Source of the DNA: an uncultured virus (IMG/VR IMGVR_UViG_3300023172_002538)
Lineage: Duplodnaviria > Heunggongvirae > Uroviricota > Caudoviricetes
Direction: 5' to 3' (one strand)
Virus record (IMG/VR): IMGVR_UViG_3300023172_002538
Length of the DNA stretch: 64,000 bases
The notes under the pieces are model-generated. The model was not told the DNA's origin. It did no database searches and saw only the letters and a program-made list of their open reading frames with translations. How positions within the stretch are numbered: the first letter of the stretch is position 1; each line of letters starts with the position of its first letter. The translations under genes were made by a program, and so were the position numbers. Positions 9,114 to 19,184 of this stretch are shown piece by piece.

Positions 9114-9723
9114 GCCAGAAGTATGGATGATTGCAATCACGGGTAATCCCATATCAGAATATTATAAAGAGTATTGCACTCCCAGCTGGACCAAACACGG
9201 GTTCAAGGTCAATCACTTCGAAGCGAAGACGCCCAAAGACCTTGAGACAGAAGAGTGCAACTTTCTTCCGTTTCGAATGAAGCACAGCTATTCGCGTAAT
9301 CTTGATGTAGAGTTTACTGAAACAGAAAAGGCTGTTTGGTATAGTCACTACTATGCATGGAAGAAATGCTGGGACGAACAGACGCCTTTTATTGTTGCAG
9401 AACATGATGCGCTTCTTCGAAAGGACGTGGACCCTAAAGCGTATCTCACAAACATGACCTGTCTGTGTCATGACGAACGTATCAACAAAAACGGTGAAGT
9501 TTATGGTCGGGCTAAGTTAGCTGGCGGAGCGTACTATCTAACGCCTTATGCCGCAAGAGAACTGATGCGTATTCGTCATCACAAAAAAATCATCTACAAC
9601 TCTGATGCATGGATTCATAGAACGTGTGACAAGTTTGGTAGATGGAGAGAAGGTACGTGTATGCAGTATAAGAATGAAGATGTAGGCGTAACAATTGAAC
9701 ACAATCATCCAGGTAAATCATGA
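9100..9723 (+). CDS. GT25-like glycosyltransferase
   Basis: EKAVWYSHYYAW, VAEHDA, GAYYLTPYAA, NSD motifs. Confidence 0.7.
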   Translation: MITDKPEVWMIAITGNPISEYYKEYCTPSWTKHGFKVNHFEAKTPKDLETEECNFLPFRMKHSYSRNLDVEFTETEKAVWYSHYYAWKKCWDEQTPFIVAEHDALLRKDVDPKAYLTNMTCLCHDERINKNGEVYGRAKLAGGAYYLTPYAARELMRIRHHKKIIYNSDAWIHRTCDKFGRWREGTCMQYKNEDVGVTIEHNHPGKS

Positions 9724-10511
9724 AAAGACTCATATATCAAGTTTGCTTAGGCAAAGCGAAAAACTCTGCTCTTTATTCGAAGTGCATTCAGTCAGTAGCA
9801 GAGTATTGTTGGAAGAATGAAATCGATCACATCGTACAAACTACGCCTAAATTAAAAATAGCGCCTGATCCGTTTATGTCGAATCGTAGTAAAGAAGCGA
9901 CTGCGAATCATGGTGGCTTTCTTCCTATCTACGAGAAAGAAAATGCGTTTGATTTGCTAGATGAATATGATCAGATTGCAATCATTGATGCTGACATCTA
10001 CATTCGCGAAGGCTCACCAAACATCTTCGATGACTTTGGTACTGAACACGCCTTTGGTGCAGTCTGTGAACGTGAGATGCCAATTCAAGATTGGTATAAA
10101 CAAAAGATTGTTAACTACTCGCATATGCAGTATGCTCAACTGCAAAGCAACAGAACTGATTTCAAGCCCAACACGCTTGGATTTGAATTTTTTAATATGG
10201 GTATGATCTTACTGAACTGCGCTAAGTTCAAACCATATCTCAAGGGACAGACAGCAAAACAGTTTATCGAACGTGCTGAGTTTATGGATTTTGTGAACGG
10301 CAGAGGCGCATGGAAATGGAGTACTGACCAGACGTTACTTAACTTTTTTCTGAAGAAATACGATGTGCCTACAATGCACATGGACGCTAAATGGAACGGT
10401 CTATATACTGCACACAAAGACATTAAAGACTGTCATTTCGTTCACTTCTTTCTGAAAGACAAGCTACCAGATCGAGGTGAGAACGTCGAGGAGCTGATGG
10501 CGCAAATATGA
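9720..10511 (+). CDS. GT-A glycosyltransferase (GT8/GT34-like)
   Basis: IIDADI (DxD), FFNMGMIL, TDQTLLN, KWNG, HFVHF. Confidence 0.8.
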   Translation: MKRLIYQVCLGKAKNSALYSKCIQSVAEYCWKNEIDHIVQTTPKLKIAPDPFMSNRSKEATANHGGFLPIYEKENAFDLLDEYDQIAIIDADIYIREGSPNIFDDFGTEHAFGAVCEREMPIQDWYKQKIVNYSHMQYAQLQSNRTDFKPNTLGFEFFNMGMILLNCAKFKPYLKGQTAKQFIERAEFMDFVNGRGAWKWSTDQTLLNFFLKKYDVPTMHMDAKWNGLYTAHKDIKDCHFVHFFLKDKLPDRGENVEELMAQI

Positions 10512-11614
10512 GTTATGAAGAAAAGACTCAAAAGTACAGTACATGGGGTGACAAGTATCTACAACATACGGACGTGCTGTACTCGATTCAGTATGAAGAG
10601 AAATTCAAGCCTATCAACGTTCAGTTATCGCTGTGCGAAATCTGTGATAGCGACTGCCCGTTCTGTTCTGTTGCGGCTCGTCCACTAAAAAGTTACATCC
10701 CATGGCCTAAGTTGGTCAAGATGATGGAAGACTTTAAGACACTCGGCGCTAAAGCAGTTGAGATCACCGGTGGTGGTAATCCTATGCTGTATCGTGACAA
10801 AGAGCATAAGAAGAATATCACAGACGTAGTAGAGTTATGCGGTCAACTTGGCTTTGATGTGGGTATCATTACCAACAGCGAAAACATCGAGCGACATCTT
10901 AATGAGCGAGCGTTCAAGTGGCTCAACTGGATTCGAATCAGTCTGATTAAACTTGACGAAGGTAAGAATCCCGAAGATTATGATTTCGGATCATTCCCTC
11001 GTGATAAGATCGGTCTGTCGTATATTATTTACGACGGCACTGGCGGTGTACCTGACGAACTGTCTCGCACAAAGAAGCCGTATATTGGCACTACGAAAGA
11101 GTCGATTCAAAAGATTGCTCGACTGATCGAACTAAATCCCGAAGTTAAGTTCTGTCGTATCGCAGGCAATGCGTTGGTTGATGGCTATCAGACAGAGATT
11201 CAGAACAAGTGGCGACCTGTGATCGAAGAGATCGACAGTCTGTCAAAGTTTTTTATCAAAGACATCTGGGACGCAACACGACCTTTCGAAGAGGGCTGTT
11301 ACGTTGGCTTGACTCGACCATATATCGCACCACATCCAGATGGCGGTGATTATCAAGTGTATATGTGCACGAGTCACGTGTTAGAAGATCGTACGTACAA
11401 GCTGGAATTTTCGCTTGGTAGTATTGACAACGTAGTCGAAATATGGGATAATGCTAATCTGAAGTACTCTATGAATGGATATCCGTATGAAGTAAGAGAC
11501 AACAAAGGCAAGTGTTGGGATAAGGCTTGCGGTACTTGTTTGTATTACAACAACAATCGGTTGCTTCATACAGTAGCACAACGAATGGACCTCGACGATA
11601 GGAATTTTGCATAA
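10508..11614 (+). CDS. Radical SAM protein
   Basis: CDSDCPFC, ITGGGNP, ITNS; C-terminal cysteines CYVG...YMC...CGTC. Confidence 0.88.
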   Translation: MSYEEKTQKYSTWGDKYLQHTDVLYSIQYEEKFKPINVQLSLCEICDSDCPFCSVAARPLKSYIPWPKLVKMMEDFKTLGAKAVEITGGGNPMLYRDKEHKKNITDVVELCGQLGFDVGIITNSENIERHLNERAFKWLNWIRISLIKLDEGKNPEDYDFGSFPRDKIGLSYIIYDGTGGVPDELSRTKKPYIGTTKESIQKIARLIELNPEVKFCRIAGNALVDGYQTEIQNKWRPVIEEIDSLSKFFIKDIWDATRPFEEGCYVGLTRPYIAPHPDGGDYQVYMCTSHVLEDRTYKLEFSLGSIDNVVEIWDNANLKYSMNGYPYEVRDNKGKCWDKACGTCLYYNNNRLLHTVAQRMDLDDRNFA

Positions 11615-12193
11615 ATGTTTGACAAGCATTATTATGAAAGCAACAACTACACCAACTACTTAGATCGACAAGATCGCTACATTCGCCTCGCAGAAGAGGT
11701 CAGCGACTTTCTAAGTAAGATGAACCTACTACAAGAGCCAGTGCTTGACTTTGGCTGTGCAGTGGGTTTTTTGCTTAAGGGACTTGAAGGACGAAATCTA
11801 GATTGTTATGGCGTAGACATTTCAGAGTGGGCACTAGAGAAAGCACGTGAGCGTGGTCATGACGTAAGAAGTGAAGTTGACTGGCTTAAAAAGCATGGTG
11901 TTGTGTTTGGGCTCGACGTGTTCGAACACATGAACTATGACGATCTGGAAGCGTTCTTTAAAAAGATTAAGACAAAAGCAATTGTTTTTCGTATGCCTGT
12001 CTGTGCCAATCCAGGTGAAGACTATGTGCTAGAATGTTCTCGCGTTGATCCTACTCATGTAGTTCGCTGGACAAAGGCTATGTGGCGTGAGTTTTTTCGT
12101 ACGTTCGGTTTTCTCAGTGTCGAGTTAAATCTTTCTACTATATACAACAGCGAAGGTGTTTACTCTGGTATTGCATTGAGACATGAGTACTAA
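11615..12193 (+). CDS. Class I SAM-dependent methyltransferase
   Basis: VLDFGCAVG, GVDIS, DVFEH, DPTH. Confidence 0.88.
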   Translation: MFDKHYYESNNYTNYLDRQDRYIRLAEEVSDFLSKMNLLQEPVLDFGCAVGFLLKGLEGRNLDCYGVDISEWALEKARERGHDVRSEVDWLKKHGVVFGLDVFEHMNYDDLEAFFKKIKTKAIVFRMPVCANPGEDYVLECSRVDPTHVVRWTKAMWREFFRTFGFLSVELNLSTIYNSEGVYSGIALRHEY

Positions 12194-12725
12194 CTATAAA
12201 ATAGAGCAACTGATCACTGAGGAAGAAAGAAAAGAACTTAGAAATTTATTTGACACACTTGATCCTCAACTTGCTCATCAAGACTATAATCTTTTTGATG
12301 TAGACAAACGTGATCTACATCCTAAGCAGTGGAATGACACCATTCAAAAGATTTCTGCAAGAGGTGAAAGTAAAGGTCTTACTACTCATGCTCATTATTT
12401 TATAAAGTATGAAAAAGATGCGTTTACCAGAATACACACAGACGATGATAAAGTCATAAAATTAACAATCATCACCATGATAGAAACAAAAGATTTAATT
12501 GGTGGTGGTAGTTTGATTTATGATAAATACAATAGGAAGCCGAGACCCGCATTTAAATATGCGAAAAGAACCGGTAATGGTCACGGTCCATATGGAAGAG
12601 ACATTATACCGGTAATCGTAGAAACAAAGGATGGTGAATCGATGATCTACGACGGCAAAACTCTGCACGGTGTTACGCAGGTTCAACAAGGACATAGACT
12701 AGTATTAGTGAGTTGGTTTAAATGA
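12183..12725 (+). CDS. 2OG-Fe(II) oxygenase
   Basis: HTD...GGG...LHGVTQV...RLVLVSW (HxD...H...R). Confidence 0.85.
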   Translation: MSTNYKIEQLITEEERKELRNLFDTLDPQLAHQDYNLFDVDKRDLHPKQWNDTIQKISARGESKGLTTHAHYFIKYEKDAFTRIHTDDDKVIKLTIITMIETKDLIGGGSLIYDKYNRKPRPAFKYAKRTGNGHGPYGRDIIPVIVETKDGESMIYDGKTLHGVTQVQQGHRLVLVSWFK

Positions 12726-13411
12726 CAGAGATTTTTGACTCAGACGGTTACGGAAATATTTTAGATTCCGACGGCAACATCCAGTACATCTTTGAATCAG
12801 ATGGCTGGTACATGTACGATTCGGACGGTCTTTTAGTTCTTGCACCTGTTCAAGATTTTGACTCTGGTGTGGTTCCGGCAGATTCTGCCGATAGCATTTT
12901 TGTAGAATGGCCTAAAACTTATATTGCACACAGAGGCAATCTTTACGGACCTAATCCTGAACTAGAGAATACAATTCCACATATTGACTCTGCGATGGGT
13001 CAAGGATTTCACGTTGAGGTTGATGTTTGGAATATCAACGGAACCATGGTTCTGGGTCACGATCAGCCAAGAGATAGTGACATTCTTTCAAATTATGTCA
13101 CAGACAACTTCTTTATCAATCGCTCAAATCGGCTGTTAATTCATTGTAAGAATGCCGAAGCTTTATGTCACATGATGGGTTTAACATCGACGCATGGTCC
13201 TGCATTTGAATATTTTTTCCACGATAGTGATGCTTATACATTAACATCACAGTCGAGTATCGTTGCATATCCTAATAAACCTTGTCCTCTCCACGTCGAT
13301 GTAACTCCTACAACAATTGCGATGATGCCCGAAAGACACAACACAGACACCACAGACTTCAAAAAAATCTGTACAGACTACCCAGTGAGATATCGCGACA
13401 CCAGTTCTTAG
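12722..13411 (+). CDS. GDPD/PI-PLC-like phosphodiesterase with acidic DSD-repeat N-terminal extension
   Basis: IAHRGN, EN, VEVDVW, LGHD, IHCKN, FFHD, ICTDYP. Confidence 0.8.
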   Translation: MTEIFDSDGYGNILDSDGNIQYIFESDGWYMYDSDGLLVLAPVQDFDSGVVPADSADSIFVEWPKTYIAHRGNLYGPNPELENTIPHIDSAMGQGFHVEVDVWNINGTMVLGHDQPRDSDILSNYVTDNFFINRSNRLLIHCKNAEALCHMMGLTSTHGPAFEYFFHDSDAYTLTSQSSIVAYPNKPCPLHVDVTPTTIAMMPERHNTDTTDFKKICTDYPVRYRDTSS

Positions 13412-13413
13412 AC

Positions 13414-14775
13414 ATGATAAAGCTTATATTATTTGATCTTGATGGAGTATTAATCGACGCTAAAGACATTCATTACCGAACGCTAAATGATGCGCTCGGT
13501 AGTGTTGGCGACTACACCATCACGCCCGAAGAGCATCTTAACATCTATGACGGTCACAAGACACGTCAGAAGTTGGACATGCTCACCAAAAATAAAAACC
13601 TGCCTCTTGAAGCACATGACTTTGTTTATACCCGCAAGCAAGAACTTACGCTAAACGAGATTCGGCTACTCAAGCAACAGTCACACATCGTAGAACTATT
13701 CCAAAGATTGGATGTAAATGGTTATAAAATTGGCGTCTGTTCTAACAGCATTCGCTCAACTGTACTAACAGCCCTAGCCAAGACTGATCTGATCGAGTAT
13801 TGCTCTGTCATCATTTCAAATGAAGACGTAAAGAACAGCAAGCCTCATCCAGAGATGTACTGGAAGGCTATGTCGATGATGAACTGTTTGCCCGAAGAGA
13901 CGATTATTGTCGAAGACTCACCACCCGGACTGCTGGCGGCTGAACGTTCTAGAGCCAAATATATAAGAGTAACAGATCCGTCGCAAGTGACGGTCGAGAA
14001 TATCATGCCTAAGATTAATGGAGAACCAATTGTGAACAAGTGGAAAGATGAAAAGTTGAACGTGCTGATTCCTATGGCGGGTGCGGGTTCTCGATTCGCT
14101 GAAGCAGGCTACACTTTTCCTAAGCCTTTGATTCAAGTTAACGACAAGCCTATGATTCAAGTTGTTGTAGAGAATCTTGGTCTTGATGCAAACTACATCT
14201 TTGTTGTGCAGAAGAGTCATCGTGAGCAGTACAATCTGGACACGATGCTTGGTCTCATCTCACCGAACTGCAAAGTTGTTGAAGTCGATGGTATCACAGA
14301 AGGTGCGGCATGTACTGCGCTACTTGCAAAAGAGTACATTGACAATGACGCGCCTCTGTTTTTTGCAAACAGCGACCAGTATGTTGAGTGGGATCCAGTC
14401 GAGTTTATGTACAAGATGCAAGAAACGCAAGCAGATGGCGGTATCGTCACGTTCAAAGCAACTCATCCCAAATGGTCGTTTGCTAAAGTAGATGACAAAG
14501 GCTTTGTGACTGAGGTTGCAGAGAAAAATCCTATCAGCGATAACGCAACAGTAGGCTACTACTATTGGAAACGTGGTGCTGACTTTGTAAAGTATGCAGA
14601 GCAGATGATCGAAAGAGATGTACGTGTTAACAACGAATTCTATGTCTGTCCAGTGTTTAATCAAGCCATCGAAGACTGCAAGAATATTCGTATTCATGAA
14701 GCAGAAAAGATGTGGGGACTTGGAACACCCGAAGACTTAGAGTACTATCTAAAGAACTTCGACAATGAGATTTGA
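13414..14775 (+). CDS. Bifunctional HAD phosphatase plus nucleotidyltransferase
   Basis: N-terminal FDLDGVLID, KPHPEMY, VEDS; C-terminal IPMAGAGSRF...PKPLI, NSDQ, LGTPEDL. True start is likely ATG 13414. Confidence 0.9.
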   Translation: MIKLILFDLDGVLIDAKDIHYRTLNDALGSVGDYTITPEEHLNIYDGHKTRQKLDMLTKNKNLPLEAHDFVYTRKQELTLNEIRLLKQQSHIVELFQRLDVNGYKIGVCSNSIRSTVLTALAKTDLIEYCSVIISNEDVKNSKPHPEMYWKAMSMMNCLPEETIIVEDSPPGLLAAERSRAKYIRVTDPSQVTVENIMPKINGEPIVNKWKDEKLNVLIPMAGAGSRFAEAGYTFPKPLIQVNDKPMIQVVVENLGLDANYIFVVQKSHREQYNLDTMLGLISPNCKVVEVDGITEGAACTALLAKEYIDNDAPLFFANSDQYVEWDPVEFMYKMQETQADGGIVTFKATHPKWSFAKVDDKGFVTEVAEKNPISDNATVGYYYWKRGADFVKYAEQMIERDVRVNNEFYVCPVFNQAIEDCKNIRIHEAEKMWGLGTPEDLEYYLKNFDNEI

Positions 14776-15427
14776 TGAGCCTAAAGACTGGGAGTTACAT
14801 CCAGGCGATACTTTCTATCAGAAGTTTAAGAGTAGAGGCGAACTCTATTCGATGACTCTTCCTGACTGGGAGATTGCAGAGAAATATCTTGATCGCAAGC
14901 GAGGCTGTCTTGATATCGGTGGACACATTGGTACAACCGCATTGCGTTATGCAAACAACTTCGAACAAGTCTATTCGTTCGAACCTCTTTATCACGAGAT
15001 AATGAATCGAAACCTGAGCCACGTCACTAACATCGAAGTATATCCTTATGCTGTTTCAGATGCAGACGAAGAGATGACAATGATCATGCGCTCAGGTAAT
15101 ACTGGTCTGTCTTTAATTCTTACAGATGAAACACGGCACTATAAAAATAGATCGGGTTACAATCCTAAAGAAATCAAGATGGAAACAAGAGTAGTAGACG
15201 ATTACTATTTCGCAGAGATCGATTTCATTAAGATTGATACAGAAGGCTTTGTACTACGTCCTCTTAAGGGAATGCTACATACACTTGAAGAGAACGATTG
15301 GCCTTTGCTTCAGATTGAATTTAATAATTTGAATCAGAACACAGCAGAGTGCTTTGCTCTGTTGAAAGATTTAAAATACGAGCAAGTCGATCAGTTTCAT
15401 GTAGATCATTTTTTTCGGCGAGTTTAA
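14765..15427 (+). CDS. FkbM-family methyltransferase
   Basis: LDIGGHIG, SFEP, IDFIKIDTEG. Confidence 0.9.
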   Translation: MRFDEPKDWELHPGDTFYQKFKSRGELYSMTLPDWEIAEKYLDRKRGCLDIGGHIGTTALRYANNFEQVYSFEPLYHEIMNRNLSHVTNIEVYPYAVSDADEEMTMIMRSGNTGLSLILTDETRHYKNRSGYNPKEIKMETRVVDDYYFAEIDFIKIDTEGFVLRPLKGMLHTLEENDWPLLQIEFNNLNQNTAECFALLKDLKYEQVDQFHVDHFFRRV

Positions 15428-15429
15428 TC

Positions 15430-16170
15430 ATGAGAGTCGCAGTCTGTATTTCTGGTGCTTGTGTAAGCAAGAATCCTAATACCACCCTTCAAAAAAATCT
15501 AAGCAGAGTTAGACGATTCTTTCCTGATTATGATTATCATTTTGCTACATGGTCTGGATTTCAAGAGACGTTTGAAAACAACTTTCCCGAAGAAACCGCA
15601 CACTACTATCCTGAGCCTGATATAGGCTATCATCCTTACTTTGACATTCCTGAATCATTATGGGAATCAAGTCGCTTTCGCGAAGTAAAAGCCTTCATTC
15701 AAAGAGGTGGCATACCTCGACGCGAATGGACTTCACATCACACAAAACAACACTTGATTCATGCTTGGCTATGTGATAAGATAAAAGATGATTATGATGT
15801 AATCGTACGTGCGCGATTCGACACGTGGATCTACGAACATGCAGATTTTATACCGTACGTGATTGATACGTATGAAAAGAATCGCATCAATTCGTTTTCT
15901 GCTACGAAGCAACAACATTTCGATAAGTTGCGGCAGTTCGACACTAAGCCAGGTGGCAGACATCATAACTGGATTGTAGATCAGTTAATTATGCATCCGA
16001 TGAGTTTTATCGACAGAGCCTATGTTGATAGGCTACACGAAGAAAAACGCTTGCATCCCGCAGAGATGGGTTGGTATCAAGTATTGAGCAAGCCTAATGG
16101 AAGCACACATCGATGCTTTGATGGTTGGGTGAATCACGATAAAAACGTTTTGGAAAAATTCTTTAAATGA
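15430..16170 (+). CDS. Putative glycan-modifying protein (paralog of 20396-21187)
   Basis: MRVAVCISG, HHTKQHLIH, YDVIVRARFD, LHPAEMGWYQ. Confidence 0.55.
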   Translation: MRVAVCISGACVSKNPNTTLQKNLSRVRRFFPDYDYHFATWSGFQETFENNFPEETAHYYPEPDIGYHPYFDIPESLWESSRFREVKAFIQRGGIPRREWTSHHTKQHLIHAWLCDKIKDDYDVIVRARFDTWIYEHADFIPYVIDTYEKNRINSFSATKQQHFDKLRQFDTKPGGRHHNWIVDQLIMHPMSFIDRAYVDRLHEEKRLHPAEMGWYQVLSKPNGSTHRCFDGWVNHDKNVLEKFFK

Positions 16171-16850
16171 AGAAGATCATACTACAACATTGGACAGGAC
16201 CTCTGGGTGAACTAGAAGAGCGTTCAAAAGCAAACATCGAAGAGTATGCTAAGTTCTGCGGTGCAGACTATCAGTTGATATCTGGTAACGTGTTTAGAAA
16301 ACATCTATCAGCACCATGCCAAAAGATGATAATGCTTGACCCGCAGTTTGATGAGTACGATATGGTCGTCATGATGGACATCGATATGTTCACTCGTAAG
16401 GGCATGACGAAGAACATCTTTACAGATGATACAGGCATTGGTCGTCACTTCGGCATTCAGCCTTCGTTACGTCAGAAACTCTATCAGAGATTTCCCTTGC
16501 TCGGCGACACTCGATATCCGTATTGGGGTGGATCTATCTATCGTCTAGACAAAGACATTCGTAAGAAGCTTCGAATTCATATGGTAGATTGGGAGATGGA
16601 TCATTTTAATAACAACTACGAAGACGAAGGCATTATGCACCGTCTCGCAATCAAAGCAAATCTCAAAGAAACGCCAGATGTCTATCTCGACGAAGACAAG
16701 TGGAATCGGTCGTCGTTCGAAGAGAATGTAAGTGACGGATATATAATCCACGTAAGGCGTAAGATGAAGAACACGCCTGGCAGACCATCGCCAAAGCAAG
16801 ACAAGATTTTGAACTATAGAAAATTAGTGGAGAAGGGAATTCTAGAATGA
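16167..16850 (+). CDS. GT-A glycosyltransferase
   Basis: YAKFCGADY, MMDIDM (DxD), EDEG, KWN. Confidence 0.7.
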   Translation: MKKIILQHWTGPLGELEERSKANIEEYAKFCGADYQLISGNVFRKHLSAPCQKMIMLDPQFDEYDMVVMMDIDMFTRKGMTKNIFTDDTGIGRHFGIQPSLRQKLYQRFPLLGDTRYPYWGGSIYRLDKDIRKKLRIHMVDWEMDHFNNNYEDEGIMHRLAIKANLKETPDVYLDEDKWNRSSFEENVSDGYIIHVRRKMKNTPGRPSPKQDKILNYRKLVEKGILE

Positions 16851-17782
16851 AAGTAGTGATTACAGGAATGGCAGGTTTTATTGGCTTTCATACTGCCCTT
16901 CGATTTCAACAAGCTGGTTATGAAGTACAAGGCTTTGACAACTTCAATAGCTACTATGATCCTCAACTTAAGTACAAGAGAGTAGGTAAGTTAAACGTTG
17001 ATCATGGAATTATTTGCCCGAACTGTGATCTGAAAAGAAAAGACGATTTTGCAGGCTGGCTAAAAAGAAGCAAGCCCGATCTTGTAGTTCATCTCGGTGC
17101 CATGGCAGGCGTTCGATACTCTATGGAGAATCCACAAGAGTACATCGACAACAACGTAACAGGTACTCTGAATCTAATTCAAGCCTGCGAAGAAGCGGGT
17201 GTCGAAAACGTCATCTATGCTTCAACTTCTTGTGTGATGCACGGCAACGATTTACCATGGAAAGAAGATGACTATCTGTATCAGCAGATCAATCCGTATG
17301 GCTATACGAAGTGCATCAACGAGTCGCAGTTTGCCATCTCTAAAATTCCCAATGCTGTCGGCATGAGATTCTTTACAGTCTATGGTCCGTGGGGTCGACC
17401 TGACATGGCGTTATTCGACTTTACAAAGAACATCCTTGCGGATAAAGAAATCACGCTATTTAACTACGGTGACATGAAGCGAGACTTTACATACATCGAC
17501 GATATCGTACAGGGCATTTGGCTTGTGTCACAGAATATGACACCACGCGACATGTACAACATCGGCTATGGCAAGCAAGTCGAACTAGAAAGATTTGTAA
17601 CAGCAATCGAAACGTCTCTGGGCAAGAAGGCTATTAAAGCGTATGGTCCGAAACATCCTGCTGATGCAACAGAGACTTGGAGCGACACAACGAAACTTCA
17701 GAAACTTGGTTACAATCCTTCTACGCCAATCGAAGAGGGCGTTGACAACTTTGTGAAATGGTATATGGAGCACTACTCGTGA
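16847..17782 (+). CDS. NAD-dependent nucleotide-sugar epimerase (UDP-glucuronate 4-epimerase-like)
   Basis: ITGMAGFIG, AMAGVRYS, YASTS, YGYTK, RFFTVYGPWGRPDMA, RDFTYIDD. Confidence 0.92.
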   Translation: MKVVITGMAGFIGFHTALRFQQAGYEVQGFDNFNSYYDPQLKYKRVGKLNVDHGIICPNCDLKRKDDFAGWLKRSKPDLVVHLGAMAGVRYSMENPQEYIDNNVTGTLNLIQACEEAGVENVIYASTSCVMHGNDLPWKEDDYLYQQINPYGYTKCINESQFAISKIPNAVGMRFFTVYGPWGRPDMALFDFTKNILADKEITLFNYGDMKRDFTYIDDIVQGIWLVSQNMTPRDMYNIGYGKQVELERFVTAIETSLGKKAIKAYGPKHPADATETWSDTTKLQKLGYNPSTPIEEGVDNFVKWYMEHYS

Positions 17783-18624
17783 AGAATGTAATTTATCAGT
17801 ATTGGGACGGCAACGTTCGACCTAGCGCACAGTACGGCTCTGACTGTATGCGTGAATATGCAGAGCGAATTGGTGCTGAGTATGTGTTCGATAGAAATGC
17901 ACAGTTCGGTAAGAAGTATGGATTAGGAAGAGTAACCCCTTATTATGGATGTTTTAAGCCCGTCTTCGACGACAAATATCTTGATTACGATAATGTTCTG
18001 TTTTGCGATACTGATATATTTCCAGTCGATGGACTAGAAGAGAGCGTTTTCGAATCATTTACTGGTGAACTGGGTATGGGTCAAGAGCCTTTACAGCCGC
18101 AGTATCGCTACGACAAAAAGTTGAACAAGCAGTGCAATTCGAAAACCGAAGAACACTGGGCTAAACTGGTGACAGAAAAGTACGGCTGTGATTTGCCACG
18201 CGACGATCAGAATCGTCTACTTGTATTCAACTCAGGCGTTGTGTTATACTCTAATGCAGGCTTACGCAAATGCCGTGAGCAGTTTAAGCCGTTTCAAGAA
18301 TATGTGCAGTTAGTCGACCGGGATCCAATCTGTGGTGGTAAAGTGTATGGTACTGACCAAGGCTATCTACACGCAATGGCTATGTCGATGGACATTGATT
18401 TCGTTGAGTTAGATACAGAATGGAATAGATGCGTAACGTGGGATCCATATGACAACGGCAATTCATTTGCAAGAACAGCAGTTGATCCAAAAACAAAAAA
18501 GACTAAGTTTGTACATATTCAGATGAGAGGCGCAGACAATCAGTCTGATAAATGGCATTGGACTGTCGCGAATAAGCCTAAGTCTGAATGGACACAAATG
18601 CAAAATGGTACCATGATACGATGA
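17779..18624 (+). CDS. GT-A glycosyltransferase
   Basis: YAERIGAEY, CDTDI, FNSGVVL, TDQGYL, EWN; GTG start overlapping the upstream stop. Confidence 0.75.
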   Translation: MKNVIYQYWDGNVRPSAQYGSDCMREYAERIGAEYVFDRNAQFGKKYGLGRVTPYYGCFKPVFDDKYLDYDNVLFCDTDIFPVDGLEESVFESFTGELGMGQEPLQPQYRYDKKLNKQCNSKTEEHWAKLVTEKYGCDLPRDDQNRLLVFNSGVVLYSNAGLRKCREQFKPFQEYVQLVDRDPICGGKVYGTDQGYLHAMAMSMDIDFVELDTEWNRCVTWDPYDNGNSFARTAVDPKTKKTKFVHIQMRGADNQSDKWHWTVANKPKSEWTQMQNGTMIR

Positions 18625-19184
18625 ATTTTTTTGAGTACGAAGACTACGACGATTATGTCAAGCATCAAAAGAAGTGGTATGCGTTGAAGCTGGGCAAGAT
18701 CGTATATGTCAAGTCTGACACCATTAAACAGATCGTAGAGAATAAGCCTTTTGCATCTAGTGTTCTGTGTCACGGTACTCGATCAGGTGAAGAACAACGT
18801 CTGTTTCAAGCACTAGTGCCCTCAGCGAAAGTTGTAGGCTCTGAAATTGGTGATGGCTGTGAGCAATTTCCTATGACTGTTCAATGGGACTTCAATAACA
18901 AGAATCCTGATTGGGTAGGAAAGTTTGATATCGTATACACGAATGCATTTGATCATTGCATCACTCCTGTCAAGACACTTAAAGTTTGGAGAGACCAGCT
19001 TACTCCGAGCGGCAGACTCTTTGTTGAATATGCCGAGAATCGTTCTAACGTTTCAGAATCAGATCCTATGGGTGCGACAAACGAAGAGGTGCGTGGCTTT
19101 ATCAAAGAGGCTGGAATGAAGGTAGTCTTAGAGTTGACGAAAGATATTAAACATCGAGGTAGAGTCTTTGTCTGTGAGAAGTAA
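18621..19184 (+). CDS. Putative SAM-dependent methyltransferase
   Basis: LCHGTRSG, GSEI, FDIVYTNAFDH, LTPSGRLFV. Confidence 0.75.
   Translation: MNFFEYEDYDDYVKHQKKWYALKLGKIVYVKSDTIKQIVENKPFASSVLCHGTRSGEEQRLFQALVPSAKVVGSEIGDGCEQFPMTVQWDFNNKNPDWVGKFDIVYTNAFDHCITPVKTLKVWRDQLTPSGRLFVEYAENRSNVSESDPMGATNEEVRGFIKEAGMKVVLELTKDIKHRGRVFVCEK

Noticed and set aside
13282..13413. N-terminal 44 aa of the 497-aa ORF as called in the track
   Set aside because: It overlaps the upstream gene; the HAD motif begins right after ATG 13414.
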